This document shows, one piece after another, positions 24,127-35,982 of a DNA stretch of 64,000 bases. Position 1 is the first letter of the stretch. Every line of letters starts with the position of its first letter. A program made the position numbers and the translations under genes. The notes under the pieces were generated by a model. The model had not been told where the DNA came from. It did not search any database and saw nothing but the letters and a program-made list of their open reading frames with translations. Origin of the DNA: Eledone cirrhosa (Eukaryota); assembly GCA_964016885.1 (NCBI GenBank), contig OZ024746.1:36084001-36148000 (forward strand). The letters are read 5' to 3'.

Positions 24127-24181
<55 letters not shown>
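23973..24181. repeat. (TA)n microsatellite, interrupted
   Basis: Directly visible. Confidence 0.97.
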
Positions 24182-24183
<2 letters not shown>

Positions 24184-24458
24184 AATATGAAGACTAAAAT
24201 CCGAAGAGGGCTCGATAAGGATAATATATATATCAATATATATAAAACCACAGACTATATTAAAATAACATTTTAAATTTAAAGCAAGGATGCGCTGCTT
24301 TCACAGATATACATAAAAAAATATGTGTTTGTGTGTGTCTGTGTCTGTTTGTGTAAAAACATAAACACTAATAGTTCATACACTGCAGCACATGCAATTA
24401 TTGAACGACTGGCTTGTATGTACGTATGTATGTATGTTTGTATGTATGTATGTATGTA

Positions 24459-25041
24459 GTTGGTGCTACTGGTAACATGTATTCCAGTACAACCTGTCCC
24501 ATGGTCGGGTCGTTGGAGACTAAACTGGCAACCCCACTAAGGTTTCTTGGTGAGGAGGGTGACTTTGGACATCCTGCAGGACTAAAAAAAAAAACCAGTT
24601 AAAGTGCAAAGGAGCTCTTAAGAGTTAATGGCCATCCAAAATCACCGGGAGAGATGACCCCTTAGCCTTTGTCAAGGCAGAATTCTAGGAGAAGGAAAAC
24701 TCTGATATATCACCTGCAACCCAGATGGTATCCAATGATGTTGACTTGTTTTTCTTTTTGGTAAACATCATCTTGGTTAAGAGAGTGGGACTGGCTTTGT
24801 GCAGTACCTTTGCTCACTATAAAAGCTTCACAGCACAGGCATTGCTTTATATCTGGAGATCTCTCTGCACTTGTCGTCACATGGTACCATGGGCCCAGCA
24901 CTATGTGTCAATAAGTGTTTGTACCAGAGTTTTCAAGTCGTTGGCTGGACTAAAAAGTCACACTCGCTCAGCGCATCGGTAGGGGTTCTCCTACATGGAT
25001 ATAAAGTTGTGGCCGTACTCGGAAACGAGTTGGCAGCCACC
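24459..25041 (+). mobile_element. RTE-related non-autonomous, internally deleted (SINE-like) element
   Basis: RTE-like 5' segment (AGAAGGAAAACTCTGAT), RTE-type C-terminal remnant CTRVFKSLAGLKSHTRSAHR*, terminal ACTCG..CGAGT stem; homologous to 55803-56332. Confidence 0.65.
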
Positions 25042-25364
25042 ATGTGTGACTATGTGCGCATATTCGTATGTTTTCGAGTAACACGTCGTCTTGGATGCAA
25101 AAACCTGGCTTTCCATGGTCCATCCAACAATCCATCCATGCAAAATATTATCCCATGATTCCATACATATTTACATGTATTTATCTACATTTCGTTCTTA
25201 TTCATTCGTTAATTGTTTAATTTCTTTATTTCTTTTCCATTTTCTAAACAACTTCTCTGTGTATGTATGTCTATATGTTTATGTGTGCTTTGGTATGTGC
25301 TTCTTTGTGTATATACGTGCGTGCGTGTGAGTCTATATATTTGAATATACAGAGACACAGACTG

Positions 25365-25430
<66 letters not shown>
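25365..25430. repeat. (CA)n(TA)n microsatellite
   Basis: Directly visible. Confidence 0.95.
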
Positions 25431-25433
<3 letters not shown>

Positions 25434-26050
25434 TATGTATTCGTGTGTGTCGTATGTATGTTAAATATACACTTATATATAGAAAGCGAGTCTGCTGATA
25501 TGGAGAGAATGATGGAGAACGTAACATATAGAAACAATCACTTGATGATGCATCAATTTAGTGCCATTAATCCATGCAGCCATCTATTGATATATCCATT
25601 AATCCATCAAACTTATACCGCTGGTATAAGCATATAAAATTGCCTCACAATACCCCCCCCCCCCACGATATGTGTATATGTGTGTGTGCGTGTGTCTATG
25701 GGTGCGTATTTGGTTTTGTGTGTGTATATATATCTATATTTATTAATATAAATATTTGTATGTATATACATATATTATATATAGAGAGAGAGCAAGAGAA
25801 AGGTAGGTAAATTGATACATATATAGATAGATAGAAATATTAAATTCATTCATGCAAGTATTATCTTTCTCTATTTGTTATTCAACCATTTGAACTATTT
25901 CCTATATTGCTGACTATTAATAGTCAGTATTGCAATATATATAACTCTACTATCTAATATGTGAAATCTGTTCTCATTCGATCTTTTTTTGTTTCCGTTT
26001 CACCACATAATTACTTATGTCTTCATATACATTAAGCATATGGTCGCTCG

Positions 26051-26094
26051 CACACACAAACACACACACACACATACACCCCCACATCCCCCCC

Positions 26095-26148
<54 letters not shown>

Positions 26149-26156
26149 CACACACA

Positions 26157-26235
<79 letters not shown>

Positions 26236-26240
26236 GCGCG
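26051..26240. repeat. (CA)n microsatellite
   Basis: Directly visible. Confidence 0.97.
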
Positions 26241-26961
26241 GGCTCACACACGCATTCCTATGTGGCTTTGTCTCTGAATGTGCGAGAGAAGATATACTCC
26301 GTCAATAAAAAAATAACTACAGGAGTCAATACATGATTCAAATAATAAATTTGCAGATATACCGTTATACGCTTAAAAGGACGATATTGAGAAATAATGT
26401 TTTCAACATTTAAATATCTTGGATAATGCACCCTTGGCGACTCCTGTTTAGGGGCCTAGTCCTATGTTAATCACTAGCAAGTTAGTATCGCGCTAGTTTT
26501 ACGGGCTAATTAGATTAATAGATTTTGAAATCGCCCATTAGATATTTGAAGTACTAACAAATCATAGTTGAATCAACATAATTGAAGGATAAATTCATTT
26601 AGACAATTCTTATGTGCAGTAACCTCCGCGAGAATCGTGTCGAAAGCAATTCATCAAAAATAGGTTAGTCTGATTGCGATACGAATCTTGATTGGTATAA
26701 TTATTGGGGTATAACGTAAGCTGTGACTGAAAGCACATTTTTAAACAGTTTGGTCCCGTGAATTGGTAATCCACTGGAGTTATTATACTGACTCTTTCAT
26801 CAATCCTCCCCATTATAGCCGAGCAGATATCACAAACTTCTTTAACCTTTCAAATGAAATAGGAAAATCAAAATATGTTCTCCATCCTTACACTGAAGTG
26901 TGCAAACATGTAGTTAGAATATTCATTGAAGTCATTGATAGTAAACACCGAGCATTATATT

Positions 26962-27479
26962 TGGTTAACTTTGCCTTTCATCCTTACGGGGTCGATAAAA
27001 TAAAGTACCAGTAATGTCCATAGCTATTAGCAGAGAATGAGGGACAGCGAAATGAACTCTCTTCTCTGAATGAAAATGTAAGTGAACATTAATTTTTCTT
27101 CCACTTTTTATTATTATTATTGGTGGATTGGAAGTGTCGGTTGAGGGTCAGACGCCATGCTTTGACGCATAGAGTTTCGGCCCTTGCCATTTTGATCTTG
27201 CCGAGGTTAAATTTACCTTTCACCCTTATGGGGTCGATAAAATAAAGTACCAGTAAAGTAGAAACAATTATTATATTTAGGAGGTGAATTGGCAGTATCG
27301 GTAGAGGGTCGGACATGCTTTCCAGAATAGTTACGTCCCTTTACGATCTCAGTTCAAATCCCGCTGAGGTTAACTTTACCTTTCATCCTTATGTGGTCGA
27401 TAAAATAAAGAACCAGTAATGTTTTTGTACCAGTAATTGCTGGCCTTGTGCCAAATTTAGAAACAATTATTATTATTAT
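26962..27479 (+). mobile_element. Cluster of three Nin-domain-type SINE copies (26962-27015 partial, 27122-27273, 27282-27479)
   Basis: Repeated core; A box TGGCAGTATCGG 27290-27301, B box AGTTCAAATCC 27351-27361; the last copy ends in (ATT)n. Confidence 0.9.
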
Positions 27480-30400
27480 CGTTCTTTGAGTTTCAGTCAT
27501 TGATGTTAGTTAACTGGAAAGTTTGTTGAAAAGAATATCAAGCCGCTACCTGCAGCCGCAGATATTCAGCACATATCGGAGGGTTGTTGCTGTTCCCAGC
27601 AAGCATGCCTTTTGAAGTGTTCCAAAAAGCGGGGCTGGACTAATCTTCTTTAACCATCATTGGAAACTCTTGAGATAGTATCTAGTGCGCCTATGACAAC
27701 CAGGGCGACCTTCATTTCACGGCAGTTCCAAATCATTGTTAAGTCCCATTTTCAATCCTGCTATCGGCTAATTTTCTCCCTCTCCTTTTCTTGCACTCTC
27801 GTGTCAAATGGGCAGGCTACATCTACAATCAGGTACGGTCTTTTTTTCCTCGTGGCAAACCACCAGGTCAGGCCTATTGTGTTCTAATTACTTGTCCGTC
27901 TGTATCCTAATTTCACATTGAAATTTCCCTTGATCGTTTTCTATCACCGACTCTGGCTTATACTCATACCGCTCATCAGAGTGTGGTAAATTGTTTACTT
28001 TGCATAGATGCCAGTGGATCACCCTGCCTATCACATCATGTCTCCAGCCTTTATAGTGAGTCTGGGCTTGGTGTTTACACTTGGATAAAATGTGAGCCAC
28101 CATCTCCTCTCTCTCTCTCACAGATCCTACACAGTGAGATAGCATCATCCTTGTCCATATGGTATTTCAGCCACTTCGTTCTGAGCGCTTGCTCTTGTGG
28201 AGCCATTAGCATTACATCTGTAGCTTTTTTAAGATCTCATCTTTTTAACCAGTTCCATGTTTGTGGATTTTAAATTCCGTTTTCTTAAAGAAGGTGCTAT
28301 GAATGGATTTTTCATTAGGTTGCTCTTCCTCCTTGTTGTTATTTCCTCCATGGACAGGCCCTGGTCTATTGTATTCTCCTTCAGTACAGTTTTGAGAATT
28401 GGTTCCCTATTGTCAGTCACATTTTTGTGCAGGTTGTTTTTCTCCATCTGAACATAGTCCTCTATGCTGAGAAGAACTCTTCCACCTTCAGATCTCTTTA
28501 AGTAGAGCCACAGTCTCCTCTCTCTCTCCACATATCCTACATAGAGTGCTAGCCTCCTCCTTGTAAATATGGTGTTTCACCCACTTCGCTCTGAGGGTTT
28601 GCTATTGCGCAGCCATTAGCATTCCATTTGTAGCTTTTTTAAGATCTCCTCTTTTTAACCAGTTGAATCTCTAAATTCCTGAGGATCTCTAAATTCAGTT
28701 TTCTCAAAGAAGGGATTTTTCATGAAGGTTGCTCTTCCTCCTTGTTGTTATTTCCTCATTGAACACCCCCTGGTCTATTGTTCTCTCCTTCAATACAATT
28801 CTGAGCATTGGCTCCCTACTATCAGTCACGTAGTTGTGTAGGTTGTTTTTCTCCATCCGAACACAGTTCTCTATGCTGATAAGACCTCTTCCACCTTCAG
28901 ATCTCCTTAAGTTGAGCCTATCGACATCACTCCTCTTGTGGAACATGCTGTAGATAGCCAATAGCTTCCTAGTCTGCCTATCCATTTCTTTTTGTTCAGT
29001 AACATTCCATCTCAGAATTCCCGCACTGTACCTAATAATAGACACAGCTCGGGAATTTACTGCACTTATGGCATTCCTACCGTTCAGATGTGATTTTAAT
29101 ACAATCCTTACTCTCCGAATGTACTCAGATTGTATCAATTCCTTCATTTTATTTTTCTTGATATCATCTGCCTCCAGAACACCTAAATATTTGTATGCTT
29201 CTTCAGTGTCAATTTCCTTTATCATCTCACCTGTTGGTACCTGGATTACGTTGCTTTTGCTCAATTTACCCCTCTTCATCACTAGGACACTACACTTACT
29301 AATACCAAATTGCATGCATATATCATTGCTGAAAATAGGGACAGTGTCAACAAGCAGATCCATCTCCTTTTCACTCTTTCCGAAGAGCTTAAGATCGTCC
29401 ATGAACAGGAGGTGATAGATGGTAAGCTCTGCTTTTCCCAATTTGTATCCTGCTCTCACTTTTCGCAGTATAATGGTCAGGCTTATCAGGGCAAGGACAC
29501 TAAACAGAGGGGACAAACTATCCCCCTGGAATATGCCTCTCTTGATCTTCACGCCTCCCAAAGATTCTCCACCCGATGTTAACTCTGTATTCCAGGACTT
29601 CATTATTTTGCTCAACATCTCTTTAATATTATCTGCCACATTGAAGATCTCTATGCTTTTGGTTATCCAGGGATGAGGTACCATGTCGAATGCCTTTTTG
29701 TAGTCTATCCATCCCATGACAAGACCAGTGTATCTCCTCTTGCAATTCCTCATTACCATCTTATCAATAAGTAACTGGTAATTTGAACCACGGGACTTCT
29801 TTCGGCATCCGTTCTGTTCGTCAGGCAACAAGTTGTTTATGTGTAGGTGATGGTAGATTTCCTCAGACACAATGCTTGTTAACAGTTTCCACATTACGGA
29901 CAGACATGTGATAGGTCTATAGTTGGTAACATCATTACCCTTGATTCGGTCTTTCATTACCAGAACTGTGCTACCTTTTGTCAACCACTCTGGTACCTAA
30001 CCTGACATCAAGTAGTCATTGAACATTGTCAGTTTCGGGTGGAGGGATGTTATATTTTTAATCCAATACCCCTGCACACCATCTGGGCCTGGTGATTTCC
30101 AGTTGGTTAGTTTTTTTGGCCTGCCGCTTAAGAGTTTCAACTGTGATACTCAAATCAGTTTGTTGGTGTGCCTGTTCACTAATCTCCTTTTGTACTGTCT
30201 CAATCCACACTGCCTTGTCATTATGTTTAACATCCTGCTCCGATATTCCTCTCCAGAATGTTTTACTTTGTTCCGCCTCAGGGATCAAGTCGTTGCCTCT
30301 TTCTGTCCCTTCAAGCTGTCCAAACAGCATCTTCTGGTTGTTGTCAAACATGCGGTTCTGTCTATACTGACTGACTCTGTTCTTGTATCGCCTGATTTTT

Positions 30401-31290
30401 GCAATATTTGCTACAATGCGTTGCTTCAGTTCCTCTATGATAATATTTAGCTTTCTCCTCCTAGTTTTGTACTTTATTTCCTGTCTATTTTTAGTGTCTA
30501 TGTTTTTTAGTGTCCCATTCAGTCATTTCTCATTTCCCTGATTTGACCATTCAGTGGTTTCTTCCATCAAGGTTCTGATCTTTCTTGTTTGTTGTTTCCT
30601 CTCGTTTTTATAATTTTTGTAATTTCCTCACCGCATTTGCTGTTGCTTTGAGGATATAGTTATATTGGTGAAGGCTCCTCGCCTCAAGGTATGGGATGAC
30701 TTTATTTCCCTTAGCTTTTGTTTCTTTTAACTTTTTCCTGTCTACAAATCTTAGATTCATAGGTTTCCCACACTCATTGTTCATTTCATCTACCACTAAG
30801 TTTAGAATATCAACCAAATCTTGTCCTATCCCGTCAGCATTCATTTCCTCAATGGCCGAATTATTTATTTGAGCATGGCCGTATTATTTATTTCAGCATT
30901 CAGATCATTGCCTGTTTGGGATGGTTCCTCCGTTCTCTCAACCACTTCACTTCCCACTGGCTCCTTTGCCTGGCATACTCAACTCTCCATTTCCAACCTA
31001 TATCTCTGCTCAGTTCCTCCAGTTCCAGCTCGCTTATCCACCCATTAGTTCTTATTACCCGAGCCTGCCTGGCCAATTTTTGTTCATCTAAATTAAATAG
31101 ACCAATCTCGTTCCAGATATTATGAATCCGTTTCCTATAGCCTTTCTCCTTGGGGTTACTCTTCAGGTAACATTGCATAACAGTTATATTCAATTCTTTC
31201 GTCCAGTTGGTTCTGGTCCCGTTCCTTCTTTATTTGTGATTTCATCACCCCCGGTGATTTTAGCGTGGCACTATCACGCTGTAGACGAGC
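27480..31290 (-). mobile_element. R4/Dong-clade RLE non-LTR retrotransposon, copy 1 (decayed)
   Basis: RT: [44 protein letters not shown]; downstream HILSKC..RHD and RLE remnants; 3' end abuts (TAA)n. Confidence 0.9.
28704..29984 (-). pseudogene. RT core segment of Dong-like copy 1 (426 aa open)
   Basis: ORF track; flanked by stops and frameshifts. Confidence 0.9.
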
Positions 31291-31449
31291 ATAAATAAAC
31301 AAACAAACAAACAGGTAAAAACACCCCAAAATAAGCATAAGTTTCATTGTAATGTAATGTTTGAATCTCTGACTTAGTTTTTCTGCTTGTCTGTCTGTCT
31401 GTTTGTTTTTCTTTTCGTTTTTCTTTTCTTTACGTTTTTCGTTGCTGCT

Positions 31450-34400
31450 GTGCTGAAGTTAAGGCGACCTCTCTTAACCACCCCAGTTACTGAACCAGCA
31501 GAAATGGCAGCAACAACTGTAGCAGCAATAACAGAAGCAAATGTAGCAGCAACAATCCCAGCAACAGTAGCAAAACCAACACAACCACCACCCACCGCAC
31601 CAGAACTTGCACCAACGCCTCCACCATTCACCACGCCACAACCATAACAAACGCCTCTATCGCAACTGGAGACAGATTGTGACGACGAGGAGTGGGAGAC
31701 TGTATCAGGAAAAAAGAAAAAAAAAAGAAGCCTAAAAAGAAAAAATCAACTCCCTCCCCCCTCCAAAAACAAAATACAGGGGGGAAATAAATAAATTAGC
31801 AAAGAAAAAAGTTAGGACAGCTATGCCACCATCGACACCAGCATCACCAACCCCATCACCACAAACACCAACACCATCACCATCATTAACCCCAACACCA
31901 CTATCACCAACACCACAAAAGTTACCAAAAAGCGTAATAGAAACAAACCCGCAACAAACGCAAACAAAACAAAACAACCAAAACGATACACACTACACAG
32001 CATTACATTTGAACAACAACCAATTATTACACTACATAAAACACAACATCAGCATCACAGAAAAAGACTACACAACAACCCAAAAGTTCCCACCACCTCC
32101 AAAGACATCGGAGACTTCCGACAAACACTCTCCAGGAGGATTTATAAGGACATCCTTCCAGAGGAGGCCACAATCAGTGAAAAGGATGGACAAACAATCC
32201 TTCCTCTACGAGAAGTAAGGTAAGTGGTATTTCCTATCTTTTCCACTCCATTTCAACATGACCTCACTCCGAATAGGCAGCATAAATGCGCGTGGCTTGG
32301 GTTCGTCATGGAAGCAGGGCCACCTGCTCAAAGACCTCAGGTCACTAAACATAGATGTAGTGGCCATCAGCGAGACCAGAATCTCCGAAGCACGAGCCTT
32401 CGCACCTGTCTTCGGCGGCTCCGATGTATACGCATCTCCCAGCCGCCCGGGATCGGGGGGGGGGGATTTGCTGTGCTTTTTCGGAGAGCTTTGAATCTCG
32501 CCATACGGGCCATCTTCCTGGACCCAGAAGGCAGGTTGGTGGTACTAGACGTGACCAGCGGAGTCGGGCAAGCTTTCAGGCTAGTGGCCGTCTATGCCCC
32601 GACAGGTGCAGGGAGGCCTGATTTCTTCCGACGTCTGGAAACCTTTCTTGGAACGTCCCTCTCTTTAGTGTAAGTGGGCGAGTGGAACGGGATCTTAGAT
32701 GCACGCTGGGAATGTGTGGGATTAGCGGATAGGGGAGGAGGGTGCAAGAGCCTGACCAACCTGCTCAGGCGTTTTGAACTGTCGGACAGATACCGATTGG
32801 ATTTCCCGAATGTGCCAATGTAGACTTGGACAAATCGCATAGGGTCATTCAGATCATATCTAGATAGAGTATTTTGTAGAGAAATAGATATGTCTAGCAT
32901 AGGCTGTTCAAAATTCAAGATAGTCAGCTACACGGACCACAAATTCATGATCTGTGTGCTTGACTTAGATAGGCTTCATAGACGAGGACCCGGCTACTGG
33001 AAGCTAAACGCGTCCTTACCAGCGCGCAAGGCTTACAGAGACCGGATTAACGAACTAGTTAAGCGGGCGTTGACGGGGGCCATCGTCAAAAACAAGTGGT
33101 GGTTTGCTCTGAAAAGAGCAATTAGAATAGAGTCCATCAGGTGTAGTAAGGCTTTAGCAATAGATAAAAATAGAGACGGAGAATTAGTTGGAAAATTAGA
33201 CGAGGCGCTTAGCAAAGGTATCGACACCGACGTACTTGCGGCGAAATTGGCCCTTGACCAATTCTTCAATGCAAAGCACGAAGGCTGCGTTGTCAGAACT
33301 AGGGTGCGTGATCTCAGACACGAGGGGACGAAATCCGTTCAATGGGCCCGAGTGGCGGAGGCACGTCGTGGCAACAATGCCACGATCCGGTCTTTGGTGG
33401 ACCACGACGGGCGCATGCTACTCGATCCCGGGAAAATGTGTGAAGCTTTTCAGCGACACTTCGCTCGGTTGTTCGGGGGAAGCGGTGGGCCGGATCGGGG
33501 GATGGCCTTTAGTGTCTACCTCGACGGACTGCCCCGGCTCTCGGCCACTGAGGCGGAGGGTTGCGAAAAGCCAATAACAGCCGCTGAAGTACGGGAGGCA
33601 AAGACTAGCTGCACAAGGGGTAAATCGCCTGGTTTGGATGGTCTGCCCTATGAACTTTACGTACAGATGCCAGGCTTGTTCGGAGGCCTCTTGGCGGACA
33701 TCTACTGCAATTGGCAACAGAACGGTAGAATTCTCAGCTCTGTGAGCCGAGGAGCTGTGGCGCTGCTGATAAAGGATCCGAACAAGGGGGATAACAGAGA
33801 TAATTTTAGGCCCATAACTCATTTTAGGCCATAGCTAAACACAGAGTTCAAGATTTTGGCCAAGGTACTAGCAGAGAGGTTGGCGCTTATCGTTGGTGGT
33901 CTGGTGGGGGAGGCGCAGACATGCGCCATTGAAGACAGATCCATCCACGACAACCTCCACCTCATGCGATAGATCGTAGATAGGGTAGCTAGGGAACCTA
34001 GAACGGGTGGGTCCTTGATCAATTTAGATCAGTCGAAAGGTTTCGATAGGGTCGACCATCGTTACCTAGCGGCAGTCCTGAGGGTGGCTGGCTTTGGGCC
34101 CATCTTCAGAGGCTGGTTCACTGCCATGCACAGCGATATCTGCTCTGTGGTGAGAGTGAACGGTCACCTTTCGGAACCGTTCAACATCATGCGCTCGGTC
34201 CGCCAAGGAATTTCCCTCTCGTCCCTCTTGTACGTATTGACACTCGAGCCATTACTGCACAAACTGGAGACGTTGAGGGGGGTCCCTCGCGAACTAGGAT
34301 GCGGAAGAACCGTGTCAGCATATGCGGATGATGTCACCGTAGTGGTGTCGAACGCCAAACACATCGAGGCGATCGGCACTACAATAAGAGAATACGAAGC

Positions 34401-35932
34401 GGTGACAGGAGCAATGATCAACCATCAAAAGTCAGTGGGCCTGCAACTAGGCACCTGGAGCGGCAGGTCCATGCCGTCCAACAGCGTCGTCGGGCGCTGG
34501 ACGGTCGGACCAGTTAAATTGCTCGGGGTCTCGTTCGGTCCGGATCTCCAGACGGACAAAAACTGGGACGTGGCGACGAGCAGGGTGGCTTCTCTCAACC
34601 AGAAATGGGCCGAGAGGAAGCTATACCTGAAAAGTCGAGCGGAGGTGGCTAACGCGTATATCGCGATCCGTCTTCCACTACCGTCTGACCGTCGTACCTT
34701 GTCCAATGCCCCGCCTGACTGCGCTGGAGCGTTTCCTCTTTCACTTTTTGTGGAAGAGACGCGCTCCGATGGTCAGGCGGTCCATCCGCTGTCAACACCC
34801 GCTACGTGGAGGGCTGGGAATGCCGTGGCTGATGATGCGCAGACACGCACTCAGGCTACGGCATCTTCACCTCTTCCTCGACGGTGATCAGGTGTGGTCT
34901 CCGTTTGCTAGACACGTCTTTCCCCAGCTCGTCTCCTTGACGGAGCTGCAGTCCTGGGTCAAGCGAAAACCGAGAGGGAGCGCTTGGGGACTGGAATGTC
35001 TTTAGGCGCACACAGCCCTCGACCAATCGGGCAATGTGATGGGTGCAAACTCCACCTTGGCGTTCTATAGAGGATTAGTGGAGGGGAAAAGCGACGACGT
35101 ACTTGGGGAAACTCTAGGCGTCGACGAAAATCAACTAGCCAATCTCTTCGGATGAACTTTCGGGCCGGTGCCTATGGACAACTTCCAGAAATCCCTGGCC
35201 TGGCAGTGCTACCGAGGAGCTTTGCCATTTCGGTATAAACTCTACAGGCATGGAGGTGCCGTCAGCCGGGCATGTCCGAGATGCGCGCAGGGCGCCGAAA
35301 CCGTCCTGCACGCACTCGTCCAGTGTCCGTGCATTGCTGACTTGTGGGTTTATATCGAACACCTGCTGTCGCGTGTGGGACGGATCGAGTTATCAGCTGA
35401 GTCCATCGTGAGGATGCCCCGCCCTCATCCTTTAGCCGGGAAGTGCAGGCAGTTTCTAGCTGTCTGGTGGCCTTGGCGAAATAGATAGTTTGGTGGACAC
35501 GTTTGAAAGGGCTGAAGACGAGCACTTACCTCTTCGGTGATGCCCTGATTAACTTTTTCAAATTTCATTTGAAAAGGGTAGAAAGGGAAGTGCTCTCTTC
35601 CCAGTATTTTGTTGAAAGATGGGTGAGAGAGGTAAGAATGGCTCGAGTGAATGGGCCTACTCTGACTATGTGTCTCTAAATTAAAGGTGGACAACTGGGA
35701 GAGGGCACTTGCCCTGGTGGGTCAGGGTGACTGTGGCTTTTTAATGGGCTTCCTCCACCAATGTCCCACGGAAGTCTCCCCCCTATTGGGGAATTTTTCC
35801 TTGTTATTTTTTTGTTACATTCTCTGTTTTTGTTTTTTACACGCAGAAATGCCCATTTGTACCGTCCTGTATTGTCCTGCACTGTCCTTAATGTCTACTT
35901 TATGTAAACCCTTGTGGTTAATAAAGAAATCA
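31450..35932 (+). mobile_element. L1/Tx1-clade LINE, copy 2 (5'-truncated within ORF1, ORF2 disrupted)
   Basis: MTSLRIGSINARGL (32258), GPGYWKLN, KSPGLDG, LDQSKGFDRV, AYADD, CPRC..HALVQC; AATAAA followed by (ATT)n at about 35932. Confidence 0.93.
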
Positions 35933-35982
35933 TTACTATTATTATTATTATTATTATTATTGTTGTTGTTGTTGTTGTTATA
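35932..35982. repeat. (ATT)n/(GTT)n tract between Tx1 copy 2 and Dong copy 2
   Basis: Directly visible. Confidence 0.9.
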
